The notes beneath the pieces are model-generated. The model ran no database searches and was not told the origin of the DNA. It worked only from the letters and a program-made list of their open reading frames with translations. Both the position numbers and the translations under genes were made by a program. A stretch of 63,646 nucleotides of DNA, filler included, from Klebsormidium nitens (Eukaryota; Plantae; Klebsormidiophyceae): NCBI GenBank assembly GCA_000708835.1. It is 4 parts of 4 records of this genome, joined end to end, with 100 filler letters (N's around TTAATTAATTAA, not from the genome) between each part and the next. Parts side by side here need not be neighbours in the genome. Positions count along the whole stretch, not along the records: positions 1 to 28,285 come from DF237063.1; 3 more parts are not named here. One strand, given 5' to 3'. Shown piece by piece: positions 12,321 to 24,300 of this stretch; within the stretch, counting starts at the first letter, position 1, and the number at the start of each line of letters is the position of its first letter.

Positions 12321-15300
12321 ATGGCGTTCCAGAACCTCTCAAACCTTCACGAACCTGAGCCGGAGCTCGAGCACTGGTCAATAAGCTCTGAGAAGAAGGC
12401 GGATTTTCTACGCTCCCTCAATCCAGGGTCAAAGATCCAGGAGGTGCAAGTCTTCCCCTTACCAAAGACAGCGCCAAGTGTCAGGTTTGAGAGGGGCCTG
12501 AGTAAGGGCCGACACGAGGGGGAGGTGGCATTGCAAAATGCAGAGGCACTGAAAACTGCCCCTGCTGCTGAAGCAATGCAAGGGGAATATACGGTGCGGC
12601 CCTCGGGGCCTCCCCCCCCTCAGGGGCAAGTGTATGAGGCCGCGGTTGTTTCTCTCTTCATGAGGAGCATTCAGGAGAGCCTGGACGAGCGGTTTGAGGC
12701 AGCAGAAGCGCTGAGAAACGCGTTCAAGATCTCAGAGGATGTCCACGCTCAGACGCTGCTGAAAGCACAGAATGCGGCGGAGTATCACCTGGCAGGTGAG
12801 GGAGGCCTAGGATCTGAGGCAGAAGGTGTCACTGGCTTTGCTTTTGATCCTTCTTTCTTTGGCTCCGCTTGTGACCAGGCGCTCTAGAGAAGGCTCGGAA
12901 GCTGGGGCATTGTTGTGAAACTTTCCAGTTTGAAGTCCCTTCATAGTTCCTTCATGCCACAATTATGATGTGCGGATCAAAACACTACATCTAGGTTTCA
13001 AGGCCACCATGGGCAACGCCCCGCACTACCGTTCAACATCCTCAAGCCTCTGGCATAATTGGCGGTGGTCTGCTTCTTTACATTGCCTCTACTCCTTTAC
13101 AGTAACCAGAGACTCTTGCGAATCATAGAGTTGCTACCAACTTGTAATAAAGCGGCACATCTGCCTCTTGCCCCTCACAGAACATCAGCTAGGACGGGAC
13201 ACTTCAGAACCTCTTTAGGGTCACTCGCGTGGCTGCAACTTCCATCAACGAAGCGCGATCTTTCAGTGGACGGACTCCTGACACAAACTTCATGTCTTTC
13301 TTCAGACCTAGAGGCCCGCATTGAGGCCCTGTTGAACAACCGTGGCCCGTCCTACACCCCCGCCTCTTTCCCATCCCCCCAGCTATACAACATCTGGCGG
13401 GACGAGGAGGTCGCCGCTCTTAAGGCCCTCCAGAACACCACTCGCCAACTCCCCGCAATGAACGGGACGCTCACAGTCCAACTCAACTCTGGCACAGTAA
13501 AGATCGGGAGCGGCGGGCTCTTTGCGTGTGGGACCCCCCAGTCTGACGGAGACGTGTACATCTCTGCGAGTGTCTCCAGCACCAAGGGCATGGGTTTTCG
13601 GTGGCGGTCAAAGGCAGTCTCAAAGGCAAAGCTGGTCAGCTGGAACCAGAAGAGTGTCCCGCTCACCGCGACTAACCCGCAGGACGAGCTCGTGTTTGAG
13701 CTGTGGGAGAGCAAAGGCCGCCAAGACTCCAAGATCCGCCGCATCAGCGAAGATGAAACTGACGCCAAATCCCCCTCCTCCCGGGATCTTGTGGACGATA
13801 AGCTATTGGGCGAGGGGCGCATCAGCTTTGGCGAGATCGAGCGTCTGTCAGGACGTGCGGGGGGCACTGGGGTTAAGGCGACCACCCCCGAAACCGAGAT
13901 TGTTTTCACTGCGGCAGGGGGGAAGAGGAAGGGAACCGTGATGGTGCGCGTTGCATGGACTGTGGAGAGGCACAGTACGGGAAGGCCAACGGACCCGTCG
14001 CTGATTGCGCTGCTGCCGAATGCGGAGGCAGTATACGATGCGCTGCTGCGTAAGGCGTGGGAGGAGAAGGACCTCCGCTCGGCAGGTAAGCCAGACTGCC
14101 AGTCTTACTTCGATTTTGTGTAAGTTGGATTTGTCTTTGCCTTAGGGCCTTAGGCAAATCTTTACGATTCATTAAGAAGCTTGCATACCCGTACCAGGAG
14201 TCGAAACAATGAGAAGAATATCTCTTCACTTTTTTGATCAACTTAGGATTCTAGGTCTAGATTCAGGCTAGAGGGAAAAGTTGGCTAGACTTTTCTAACC
14301 ACCATACAACATCATGGCTACTCCAAAGTTTCCAAGATTCCATTTTCGTAAGGACATCAAACCTCCTGACGCAAGCCTTGCTTGAAGTATGTCAACCAGC
14401 TTTGGATCCCCGCAATCAGCCCAAGCGACCTTTCCACCTCTCTCTCTCTCCTCAGGCTCCCGCTGGAAGTACGAGGTCCCCCCCATGTGGCAGTACATCC
14501 TGGAGAGCTTCGCTGACCACCACCGCGTGCGCACTGCGCACTGCCACCTGGCGGCCCTTGATAAGCTGACCAAGGCGTTCCGCACCGACACGGCGTACCT
14601 CGACATCATAGTCGATGAATGGCGCGAGCCGTGCAGGCTGGCGCTTCTGGGGCGGCTGACCAAGGACGAGAACATGATGCAGAGCATCATCGTGAAAGGT
14701 GAGGCAGGAGCGGAGTCCAACTTGGTTGATGGCGGTTCCTCTCCATGGGGCGGCTTATACTAGGATTAGGGCAGTCTACGAATTTCTTCTCTCTATTTTC
14801 GACAAGATTATTGTCATTCGATTGGCGGCTGACCTGGACGAGAACATGATTCAGAACATCATCGTGAGAGGTGAGGCAGGAGAGGACTGTTAATTATATC
14901 AAGGGGGGCCCCGTTTCCCACGGGTCCTTGACAAGACTTTTATCAGCAAAGGTCAGGGGGTTGTTTAAGTCCACGTTTGCAAGAGATTTGCCCCAAAAGC
15001 CGCTGACCAAGGGCGAAACACTTGATGCAGATCACTTTTATGAGGTGAGGGAGACGCGGTGCGTCAGTTTGTGGCCTTCGAGCGCGGGTTGAGAGACGAA
15101 CCGTCATTAGCTTGAAGAGAATTTCGTGCTTGTAAGATTTGTGTGGGAGCATCATTTGAATCCCTAAAAGCTTGACTAATGGGACCTCGGACGTTCGGAA
15201 TTGCCTGTTCGAATCAAATCGCTTCGGGAAAGGCTCCTTAGGTACCAAAAAGTTATGGCTGCCGAGAGCGAAGGAAGACGCACAATGAACGTCGTCATCC

Positions 15301-18300
15301 CGATCTGACTCGTTCTCCTCTGCTTACGTGCAGCGCTCGAGGCCCCTGCCGTGCAGGCCATTACCAACTTCGACACTGAGTTCCCGCGCAACCAGCCCCC
15401 CGGTGCGCTTGCGGCGCTGCTGCAGCTGCTCGGCCTGATTGTGCGCTTCGACCCCGACCCCAGCAAGCTCGAGCTGCAGCTCGCAGACTGGACCGAGGCA
15501 AGTCTTCAATTCCTTTGAAGCTCAGGGTTTCTCGGTCTGAAGAGTGGGGTTAGAAGTTTTCAAAGCTCGAAGTAGGGAGCGTTGTGACCTGTTTTAACTG
15601 GGGTGTACGATTTGGGGTAGGGCTGGGCGAAGTGGGTTTCTTCCCTGGCGCATTGACCCCGACCCGAGCAAGCTCGAGCTGCTGCCTTGACCGAGGCGAG
15701 GAAGGGCAGTCTGCAAAGTTCGATTCGAAAGGGCTATTGGGTCACGGCTTTGCAATACAAGGAAGCACATCGACCAGAGTCGTCCTGTATGCCAATCTAG
15801 TTCCAAGGTTCCTTTTGTACGGCAACTTGGGAAAAAAAGAATCCTGCGACTACATGAAAGAAGAGTAGTCAGCGGAGTGTTAAGCTCGTGCAAAAGGGTC
15901 CACCAAAGGCCGCGTGGGCGGACCCCCCCGTGAGTGCATAGTCCAGATTCTGATGCCAAAACGACAGTAAGTGCGCGAAAGCAGGGGTTGATGAGTAACG
16001 AAACTTCTTCGAACTTGACCTTCCAAACGGCTGCTTGAAATCCGGGCTCCCCCCAGACTGCGCTGCGGCGTGCACTGGCCGCAGACGTCTACGGAACCTT
16101 TATGTGGATTGTTTTCTCGCTTACGATTTGTTCCACACTTTCGCTCCGAACCCTCACCTGCTGCGGTTGAGCGTGCCTTTCTCGGCATCGTGTTCGAAGT
16201 CGTGGAGTATGTTCGTAACTTACAAGGAAGCGGTTCCTACCTTAGAAACATCCGCACGAGCTGACGCAACTCATCCGCGTCTGATATCCACTTGCGCTGC
16301 AGACTGCGATGCAGCGCGCATTCGCCCACTTCTTGTTCGGCGCTGCAGATCATTTCCAAGGGCAGCGGCTTTAAATATCAACGTCAATCGCATTGTTCCA
16401 CCCAAGAGAATGAACGGCTGATGTTCCTTGTGTTGCAGACTGCGATGCAACGTGCGTTCGCCCGCATCTTGTTTGGCTCCGCGAACCCGTCCGACAAGCA
16501 GCTGACTGTGACGTCAGTCACCGAGCTCACACGCGCGTGCCGTGAGATCCAGGCGATGCTCGGGGAGCACGCGACGATCTACGGCGGGTCGTTCCCACGG
16601 AACCTGCCGCTGGTGCAGTTGACCGGAACCTCCCTGTACCGGCAGGTGAGAAAAGGAACCGAGAGGACGAGAGTCTTGGTCCTGATGGCGAATGCCTTAT
16701 CCAGCCTTGTCCTAACCTTATCCAGCTGTTTGTGTCAAGCCTGCCACCCCAGTATCGATTTCAACTGGTAATCCTGTCAAGCCTTCCCGTTGTCGATCGG
16801 ACGGTTGAACATTAGAAACATGCTCCCGGCGTTTGCAAACCCGATGGCAAACAGCTGAAGCGGCTCAAAGTGCGGAGGAGCCTGACGCCCCTGCATGCCT
16901 CTTGCAGTCCTTTGTGCCCTCTGTGCCCACTTGCCCCTGTTGTCGCAAATGCTGGAGTCATAGATTATGTTTTCAGCACCTCGCTTTTCGTGTAAGTTGC
17001 CTGTTCACCTTCGTCCGCGACGTCAAAATGAGTTTGGTATGCGGAGCGTCTGGACGTCTGGGTTAGGGGTTGAGTCTGTGTTAGCCCAATAGAATGATCT
17101 TAATACTCATCGAGCTTCTTATCCATACATCTCTTGAGTTTTATGGGTCACTTTTTCGTCTGTTCTGCAGCTGATTGACCATCTCAAAGTGTTCCTGGCC
17201 TCATCGGACACCAAGGCCTTCACCCGGACGTACCAGGTAAGCTGTACGTTCTTGCCGCGTCAGCCCCTGTCCGTTTGCTGCCAGCTGCTCGCTTGCGAAG
17301 AGTTACGTTTGGCAATGATGCTGTTCCAAGGGTCGCCGTCTCCCGCTATATCTCTATTGCTCGCTACAATGATCCACGCTTGTGGGTCTGACGCTCGAAC
17401 GCAGAGCTTGTCACCTCAGACCCCTGCTTCCGGTTCACGTGTCCTGCAAACTGTGCCTTTTTGGCTTTGCGAAGTCAGCATACTGTGCAACCCCTGATCT
17501 TGAAGTCCTGAAAGCACGACGTTTTGAAACACTAGTGGCTTCAAAATGCTGACATCCTCAATTCTCCGTTTCCTGCATACCTGAAAATAGTTAAAGCTTG
17601 ACGTATTTGACACCCTGACGTTCTGATGTTTTCAGACCTGAACAGTCCGAGTTTTGTCCAGTCTAGTAAACCCTCAAACCGTAACACATACATCTGCTGG
17701 TTACCTGGTCTCCCAAAACACTCGATCCACAATACATACATTTGTAGGTCAGCCGGACCCTCAGAACGATCAGACCGCAACGCATACATTTGCAAGTCAG
17801 CCGGACCCCAAAATTCCTCAAATTGCAACACATCCATCTGCAAGTTAGCAGGACTCCCGAGAATCGCGTTATGAAACACCAACTAGATTGGTAAATTGTC
17901 CCGCAGGACCTGGTGATTGCGCTCCACGAGCTTAACATCACGGTGGATCAGCTGGGGGTTGTTCTGCCCGCCAAGTTCGACATCCCCGAATACTTCGACG
18001 ACTACGTCCTCTCCTGGGCTGCGGGAACCACGTCCCGCCTCGTCGAGTAAGCCGCTTCTTCAAAACCCGAATTCTTCCCCTTGCTTTTGTCTTTCCGACT
18101 GCAGATGAGGGGCCAAAATGTGGTCGTCAGCCGTTTGAGACCTGCATGCGATCGGAACCGTGTACCTGGTGCGTCGTGCTTTGAAAGGGCTCAGCACCGA
18201 GATGTTTGGCAGCGTTCGTTGCGCCAAAGGTTTGACAAATAGGCGTCCAAGCAACGAGTGGGAAATGGCGCCCCGAATTCTGAAGGCCCCAAAATCCGGT

Positions 18301-21300
18301 CTGGCAAGGCGAAGCGGCGTTCTCGAGGCCGGTTTTGTGAAAATCTTACAAGGATATCAGTTCAAAGCTGACGTTCATAGCGTGCCAGCCAAGGACTGTA
18401 TCCAGACGTGCAATCTGGGCAGCTCCCCTATTCAGAGTAGATTAGCTTCTCACCCGCTGTGCTTAATTGGGACTGACTGCCGCACATCTTTGACTGTCTT
18501 TCAGCTGGATCCACACGAACGTGACCACTGAGAAGTGGGTCCCCGCGTCCCAGTCCAAGGACCGCGTCTTCTTCTCGACGTCAGTCGTAGGTGAGCTTCG
18601 TCGAACAGCGCTCGCCCAGACCTTTCTACTATAGCCATAGTACTCCCAAGTTTCCTTCAGCATGGGACCCCAGCCTGGCTTACTCGCAGACTAGTTTACT
18701 GGCTTACAAACACTCAGCACACCGCTCGAACGTTGCCTAACCCTACAGCAGATTCCGAAGCGAGACCCGCCCATTCACAAACAACAACATACCTCGCACG
18801 ATGTTTAGATCCTGGGACCTGCTCCGATGTAACATCATGAAATTTAGAAACCTCAAACCCCTTTCTCTGCAGACCTGTTTTGCCTGCTGGAGCAAGTCGT
18901 GCAAGACATCAACCCGCAGCTGGTCCAACAAGACATCGGGCACCGCTTCCTGGCCGCCATGGAAGGTGCCATGTGCACCGCGGTGGAGGCATACGTGACG
19001 CTCCTCGAGAAGGAGTGCCTCAAGGAGCTGCCGCACGAGGGCGACGATGACTTGAGCGGGGTGACGTCAGCCAAGAAGAAGGGCGGGCTGGAGGAGCACC
19101 GGCCCCCGGTGTGCATAACGCAGAGCCTCTGCGTCAAGGTGAGGCTTCTTTGGAAAGGTTGACGGGAGACGTTGTTGTTCGCAGTTGACATTAAATCGCG
19201 GTGCCATCCTCTTTTTGTTTTCAGGTTGTTGGAGCTTCTTCTGGTCAGTTCTCTCTTTTCCCAAACCCTTCAGTTCAACCACCTTCTTGAACCATTTTGA
19301 ATCGGTGTCCACCTTACTTTTGCGCTGCGTCCGGCACTTGCACACAATTGTCTCGTCCTTCTGCACCTGTAGCCCCTTGTGTTTCTGCACACAATTCCTT
19401 GCTCTCTTGATTGCAGGGTCTCTCCGATGTTGTCTTCTGTCCTTTCTGAGCTGATCATGGGCCGCTACTGACAGAAGGGAACGGCTCTATGCCACATCAT
19501 CTTTGCGCGAAGAGAGGGCTTGCTCACCCTCCTCCCTCCATTATCCATACCCTGCTTTCTCCCCTTCCCGCAGCTGAACAACCTGAGCATGACGCGCACG
19601 TGCCAAAATGGTTTTGCCTCTACCGGCCCCCAACACATTCATCACAATCGCACTTCTCCACCTCGCCCCCACAGCTCAACAACCTGAGCATGAGGCAAAC
19701 TCTTCTAGCACTGGTTTACACCCCGCTTTCTCCCCACTGCTCAACAACCGGAGCATAACGCGTACTCCAGCGTATTCACACCCCACCTGTTTCCCCCCCC
19801 GCAGCTGAACAACCTGAGCAGTACGCGCACGCTCCAGAAGGAGCTCTTCACGAACACGTTGATATTCCTCTCTCTCTTCTCCCTCAGGCTTTGTGTCATT
19901 TCTGCCTCCTCGCGCCCACTTTGCTTTGCATTAACCCATCCCTAAAATTAAATTCAGTCCCTATTTTGGGTTCCCCTCCGCAGCTGAACAACCTGAGCAA
20001 AACGCCTATTCCAATACGTATTCACACCCAAACTTCTTCTTCTTTGCAGCTGAACAACCTGAGCATGACGCGCAAGCTTCAGAAGGAGCTCCACACTGAT
20101 TCGTCGACTTTCCCCTGTCTCCTTTCCCTCACAGCTCAACAAAGCTGAGCATGACGCGTACTCCAGCACGTATTCACACCCCATCTTTTTCTCCCTCCCG
20201 CAGCTGAACAACCTGAGCATGACGCGCAAGCTCCAGAAAAGAGCTCCATACTGATCCGTCGATTTCCCCCGTCTCTTTCCCCTCACAGCTCAACAAACCC
20301 GAGCATGACGCGTACTCCACCACGTATTACACCACTTTCCTCCACACCACGCAGCTGAACGACCTGAGCATGACGCGCGTTCCAGCACCGATTTTTACCC
20401 CTCTTTTACCCCCCCGCAGCTGAACAACCTGAGCATGACGCGCAAGCTGCAGAAGGAGCTCGAGCTGCGCCTCGCAGACGAGTGGTCCGGCGTCGCTGGG
20501 CGGCCTCTGCCCAAGACGCCCTATCCCAAAACGCCGTACGAGCTGGCGCTGGAAGAGAAGAACGTGGAGCGGTATACCGACGAAGACGACGATCTTCCGT
20601 ACAGCGACTCTGACAGCGAGGACCTGGGGTTCAAGGAGGGGGAGTTGGAGGACTTTGCGGCGGTGAATAAGAGCGCGGGCGGCGAGGCGCGGCCGTTTGT
20701 GGGGAAGCACTTTGGGGAGCTAATAGCGTTTGTGGACCGGGCGTGCCTGGACGTGATGGGGGCCATCGTGGAATGCATCCAGGTGGGGGGGTGGAAAATG
20801 AGGAAGCCCTTTTCAATCGTGCTTTTTCTCGCGGAATACCGGTGGATGATATTCTCGAAGTCCTTTTCTTATCAGGAGCCTCTTAGCTGTTGTTGTTCAT
20901 GACGGTGCAACTGCTTGGCGTGCAGTTGGACGCTGCGAGGTAAAGCACTTGTAAATGTTCTAGCTTAGCTTTGTCGTGTTTCCTTTTGATCAAGTCTCTG
21001 CCTCTGGACACGACCTCTTGACAATCCTAGGCACTCACTGTCGTCTCACGGCAAGAGTGACCCGTTTGGCAGTCTTCAAACCGTAGTGCTTTCAGTAGAA
21101 CTGCCCATCAAAACACTCTGACAACCCTTGTCTTCCATCGTTATCAGCTTCCTCGGCGCAAAATCTTTCTGCACGGCCCCACTGACGTCATTCCGTTGAC
21201 GTCATCCCATCCCGTTCTCGCAGGCCAACATGTTGAACGAGCTCCGCACCGCAGTCGTCGGCAAGGGCGGCGCGCTGAGCATGGAGAAGCGGCTGGTGCC

Positions 21301-24300
21301 GTTGACCGAGTACTTGGACGAGTACCTGGCCGTCATGAACGGGCATTTAATGCCACACGTGTTCCGGCGCATGCTCGAGTTCCTGTGGGCTGCTCTCGTG
21401 GACTCCATGGAGGAGATGGCGCTGCACGCGGATGACGAGCAGCCGCCGCTGACGCGCCACCAGAAGGACCTCCTGGAACAGGTGAGTTTAGAGCTTTAAA
21501 TTTGTGGAAGTCGGGCTTTGTGGGTTTTGAGATCTCAGGATTTCGAGCACTTTGAAGGGCGTTAAGGACACGGTTCCGTGCCGGGGTAATCGAAAGTCCT
21601 TGAAGAATGAAGCGTCACCACCAGAAGGACCTCCTGAAACAGGTGGGTCTAGACCTTTAGGGTTTGTGGAACTCAGGCTTTGTAGGGTTTGAGAGTGAAG
21701 GCGTCAATGACACAAGTCCATGCCAGATAGTCGCAATGCTCGAAGAATGGAGCTTTAAGGAGTAGCTGCCATTGTGCGCAACAAAAAGGACCTGCTCGAA
21801 CAGGTGCGCACACGCACAACAGCCGGGCTTCTAACTGAAATTCAAGTGGTCGGCTTGAAGTCTCTTCATTTGTCTTGGCGTATTGATATATAAGCGCCCC
21901 GCCCATCTCATAAGCTATCTCCTGCTCTCAGGGCCTGGACGTCCTGAGCGACTACTTCCACGGCGACGGCGCTGGCCTCCCCACCGAGACGATGCAGTCT
22001 TCGACCAAAAGGCTGCGACGCATTCTGACGCTCTTCAATGCATCCACGCGCGAGCTGGCGGGGCTTTATTGGCGCGCGTGGGAGCGCAGGCAGCGGGGTG
22101 CGGTCACAATCAAGGGGGCACCAGGGGGATCCCCCACTGAGGGAAGCGAGGAGGCACAACAGAACGAGCAGGTGAGTCGGTTAGCGCGGGGTTCTGGAGA
22201 GATTCGATCACTGCCGTGTTATCGCCGCGAAAAGTCTGGGTATTGCTTTGAATTGTTGAAAGGTGTTCAGGTGTATCGATCGGGTTCAATGGAGAATATG
22301 GCATCATCAGAATTCAAACGTGTCCACAGCGGCCATGTCAAGGAACCTCAGAGAGTTGTTGCTAGGCTTGGTTTCTATCATGACATGGAGAGCCCAAGAG
22401 CGGCTATTTGCTGACTGGAACGAGTCCCCAGACGTTCCTCATGTGTAGGACGACCAGCTTCGACCCCGCCTCTCCTGCAGAGTATGCACTGAGGGCCGGA
22501 TGCTTCTTTCACAAACCGAGTCCACATTCGGGATATCGATTACTCCTCTAGGTCGCCGTTTCAGCCCAATACACTCGTCATGTCTGGCGTGCGTTTCCCC
22601 TCTTTCCAACCTTCCCACTTCGCTGTCGTGTTCAGCAAGTACTTCCACGCCCGATGAAACTCCCTCAGCTGACTTCTTAACCCCTGGTTTTGATTCTCAG
22701 GAGAAAAAGTTCAGAGTATTCTAGGCCGGGATACAAAAACCGTCTCAAAAGCGACCCTCCAAAATGTCATAAGTCTCAAAACACCTAGAAACCTGAATCA
22801 AACTCCTTCTCCAGGACGCCAACCCCGAGCTGACATTTGCCACGAGGCGGATGCGGGTAGGAGCTGCTTACGAGATCGGATTCGTTTGCACCCGTTTTTT
22901 TATGCACTTCAGCAGTGGAGGTGGAATCGTCTTTGGTGTAGGAAAGAAAACGGAAATGAAGTATGGAAAAGCAAGAATTGCGACTTGGTCTTCTCCTCAG
23001 GATTCCGGCCCCGAGCTAATATTTGGCCACGAGGCAGACGGCGGCGAGGAGCTGCTGTCGGTGCTGGATTACATGGCGCTACTCAAGCAGCGGCCGCACG
23101 ACCAGGAGGCCTCCGAGCTGGTCATGATGCAGCAGCAGGCCGCCGGGAGCTACACCGTGCAGGTGGGCACTTTGATGAACATGTGAAAACACCCATAATT
23201 TAGCAGGCTGCCGGCAGATACGGTATACTGTACAGGTGGGCACTTTGAAGGTCTGTTTGGCTGTTTGGGGATCCTCATGCAGCAGCAGGCCGCCGGGAGC
23301 TACACTGTGCAGGTGGGCACTCTGATGAACATGTGAATACCCTCATGCTGCTCAAGCGTGGAAGGAAAGGCTCCAACGATTTAAGTCGACACTTTGGTGC
23401 ATCTATGGGCTCCTCAGATCTGAAGATCTCGTGCAGAACCCCTCTTATCTTCACACCTGCTGACGGATTTGTTCGATGTGATCTCGGTGCATCTATGGGC
23501 TCCTCAGATCTGAAGATCTCGTGCAGNNNNNNNNNNNNNNNNNNNNNNNNNNNNNNNNNNNNNNNNNNNNNNNNNNNNNNNNNNNNNNNNNNNNNNNNNN
23601 NNNNNNNNNNNNNNNNNNNNNNNNNNNNNNNNNNNNNNNNNNNNNNNNNNNNNNNNNNNNNNNNNNNNNNNNNNNNNNNNNNNNNNNNNNNNNNNNNNNN
23701 NNNNNNNNNNNNNNNNNNNNNNNNNNNNNNNNNNNNNNNNNNNNNNNNNNNNNNNNNNNNNNNNNNNNNNNNNNNNNNNNNNNNNNNNNNNNNNNNNNNN
23801 NNNNNNNNNNNNNNNNNNNNNNNNNNNNNNNNNNNNNNNNNNNNNNNNNNNNNNNNNNNNNNNNNNNNNNNNNNNNNNNNNNNNNNNNNNNNNNNNNNNN
23901 NNNNNNNNNNNNNNNNNNNNNNNNNNNNNNNNNNNNNNNNNNNNNNNNNNNNNNNNNNNNNNNNNNNNNNNNNNNNNNNNNNNNNNNGATGTGATCTCGG
24001 TGCATCTATGGGCTCCTCAGATCTGAAGATCTCGTGCAGAACCCCTCTTATCTTCACACCTGCTGACGGATTTGTTCGATGTGATCTCTCGACGACCGAA
24101 AAGAATTCTATGGAATAGAAGCTTTGGACACTTCTCGACGAGCAGTCAGTTGGCTCTTCTGTTGCCGCAACTAGCGCACGCCTTAAAACAATCACCGTCG
24201 ATTTCTGATATAGCCAAGCCCTCGAACCTCTTAACCTTTTGTGGACCCGGTTCCCGTGCAGCATGTATTTGGGCTGCCAGAAGGGAGGTCCTGGCCGCTC

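Noticed and set aside
19560-20450. CRISPR-like array (repeat of about 28 nt with variable spacers)
   Set aside because: Eukaryotic intron, repeats are degenerate copies of the downstream exon start, spacers are related pyrimidine tracts, and there are no cas genes.
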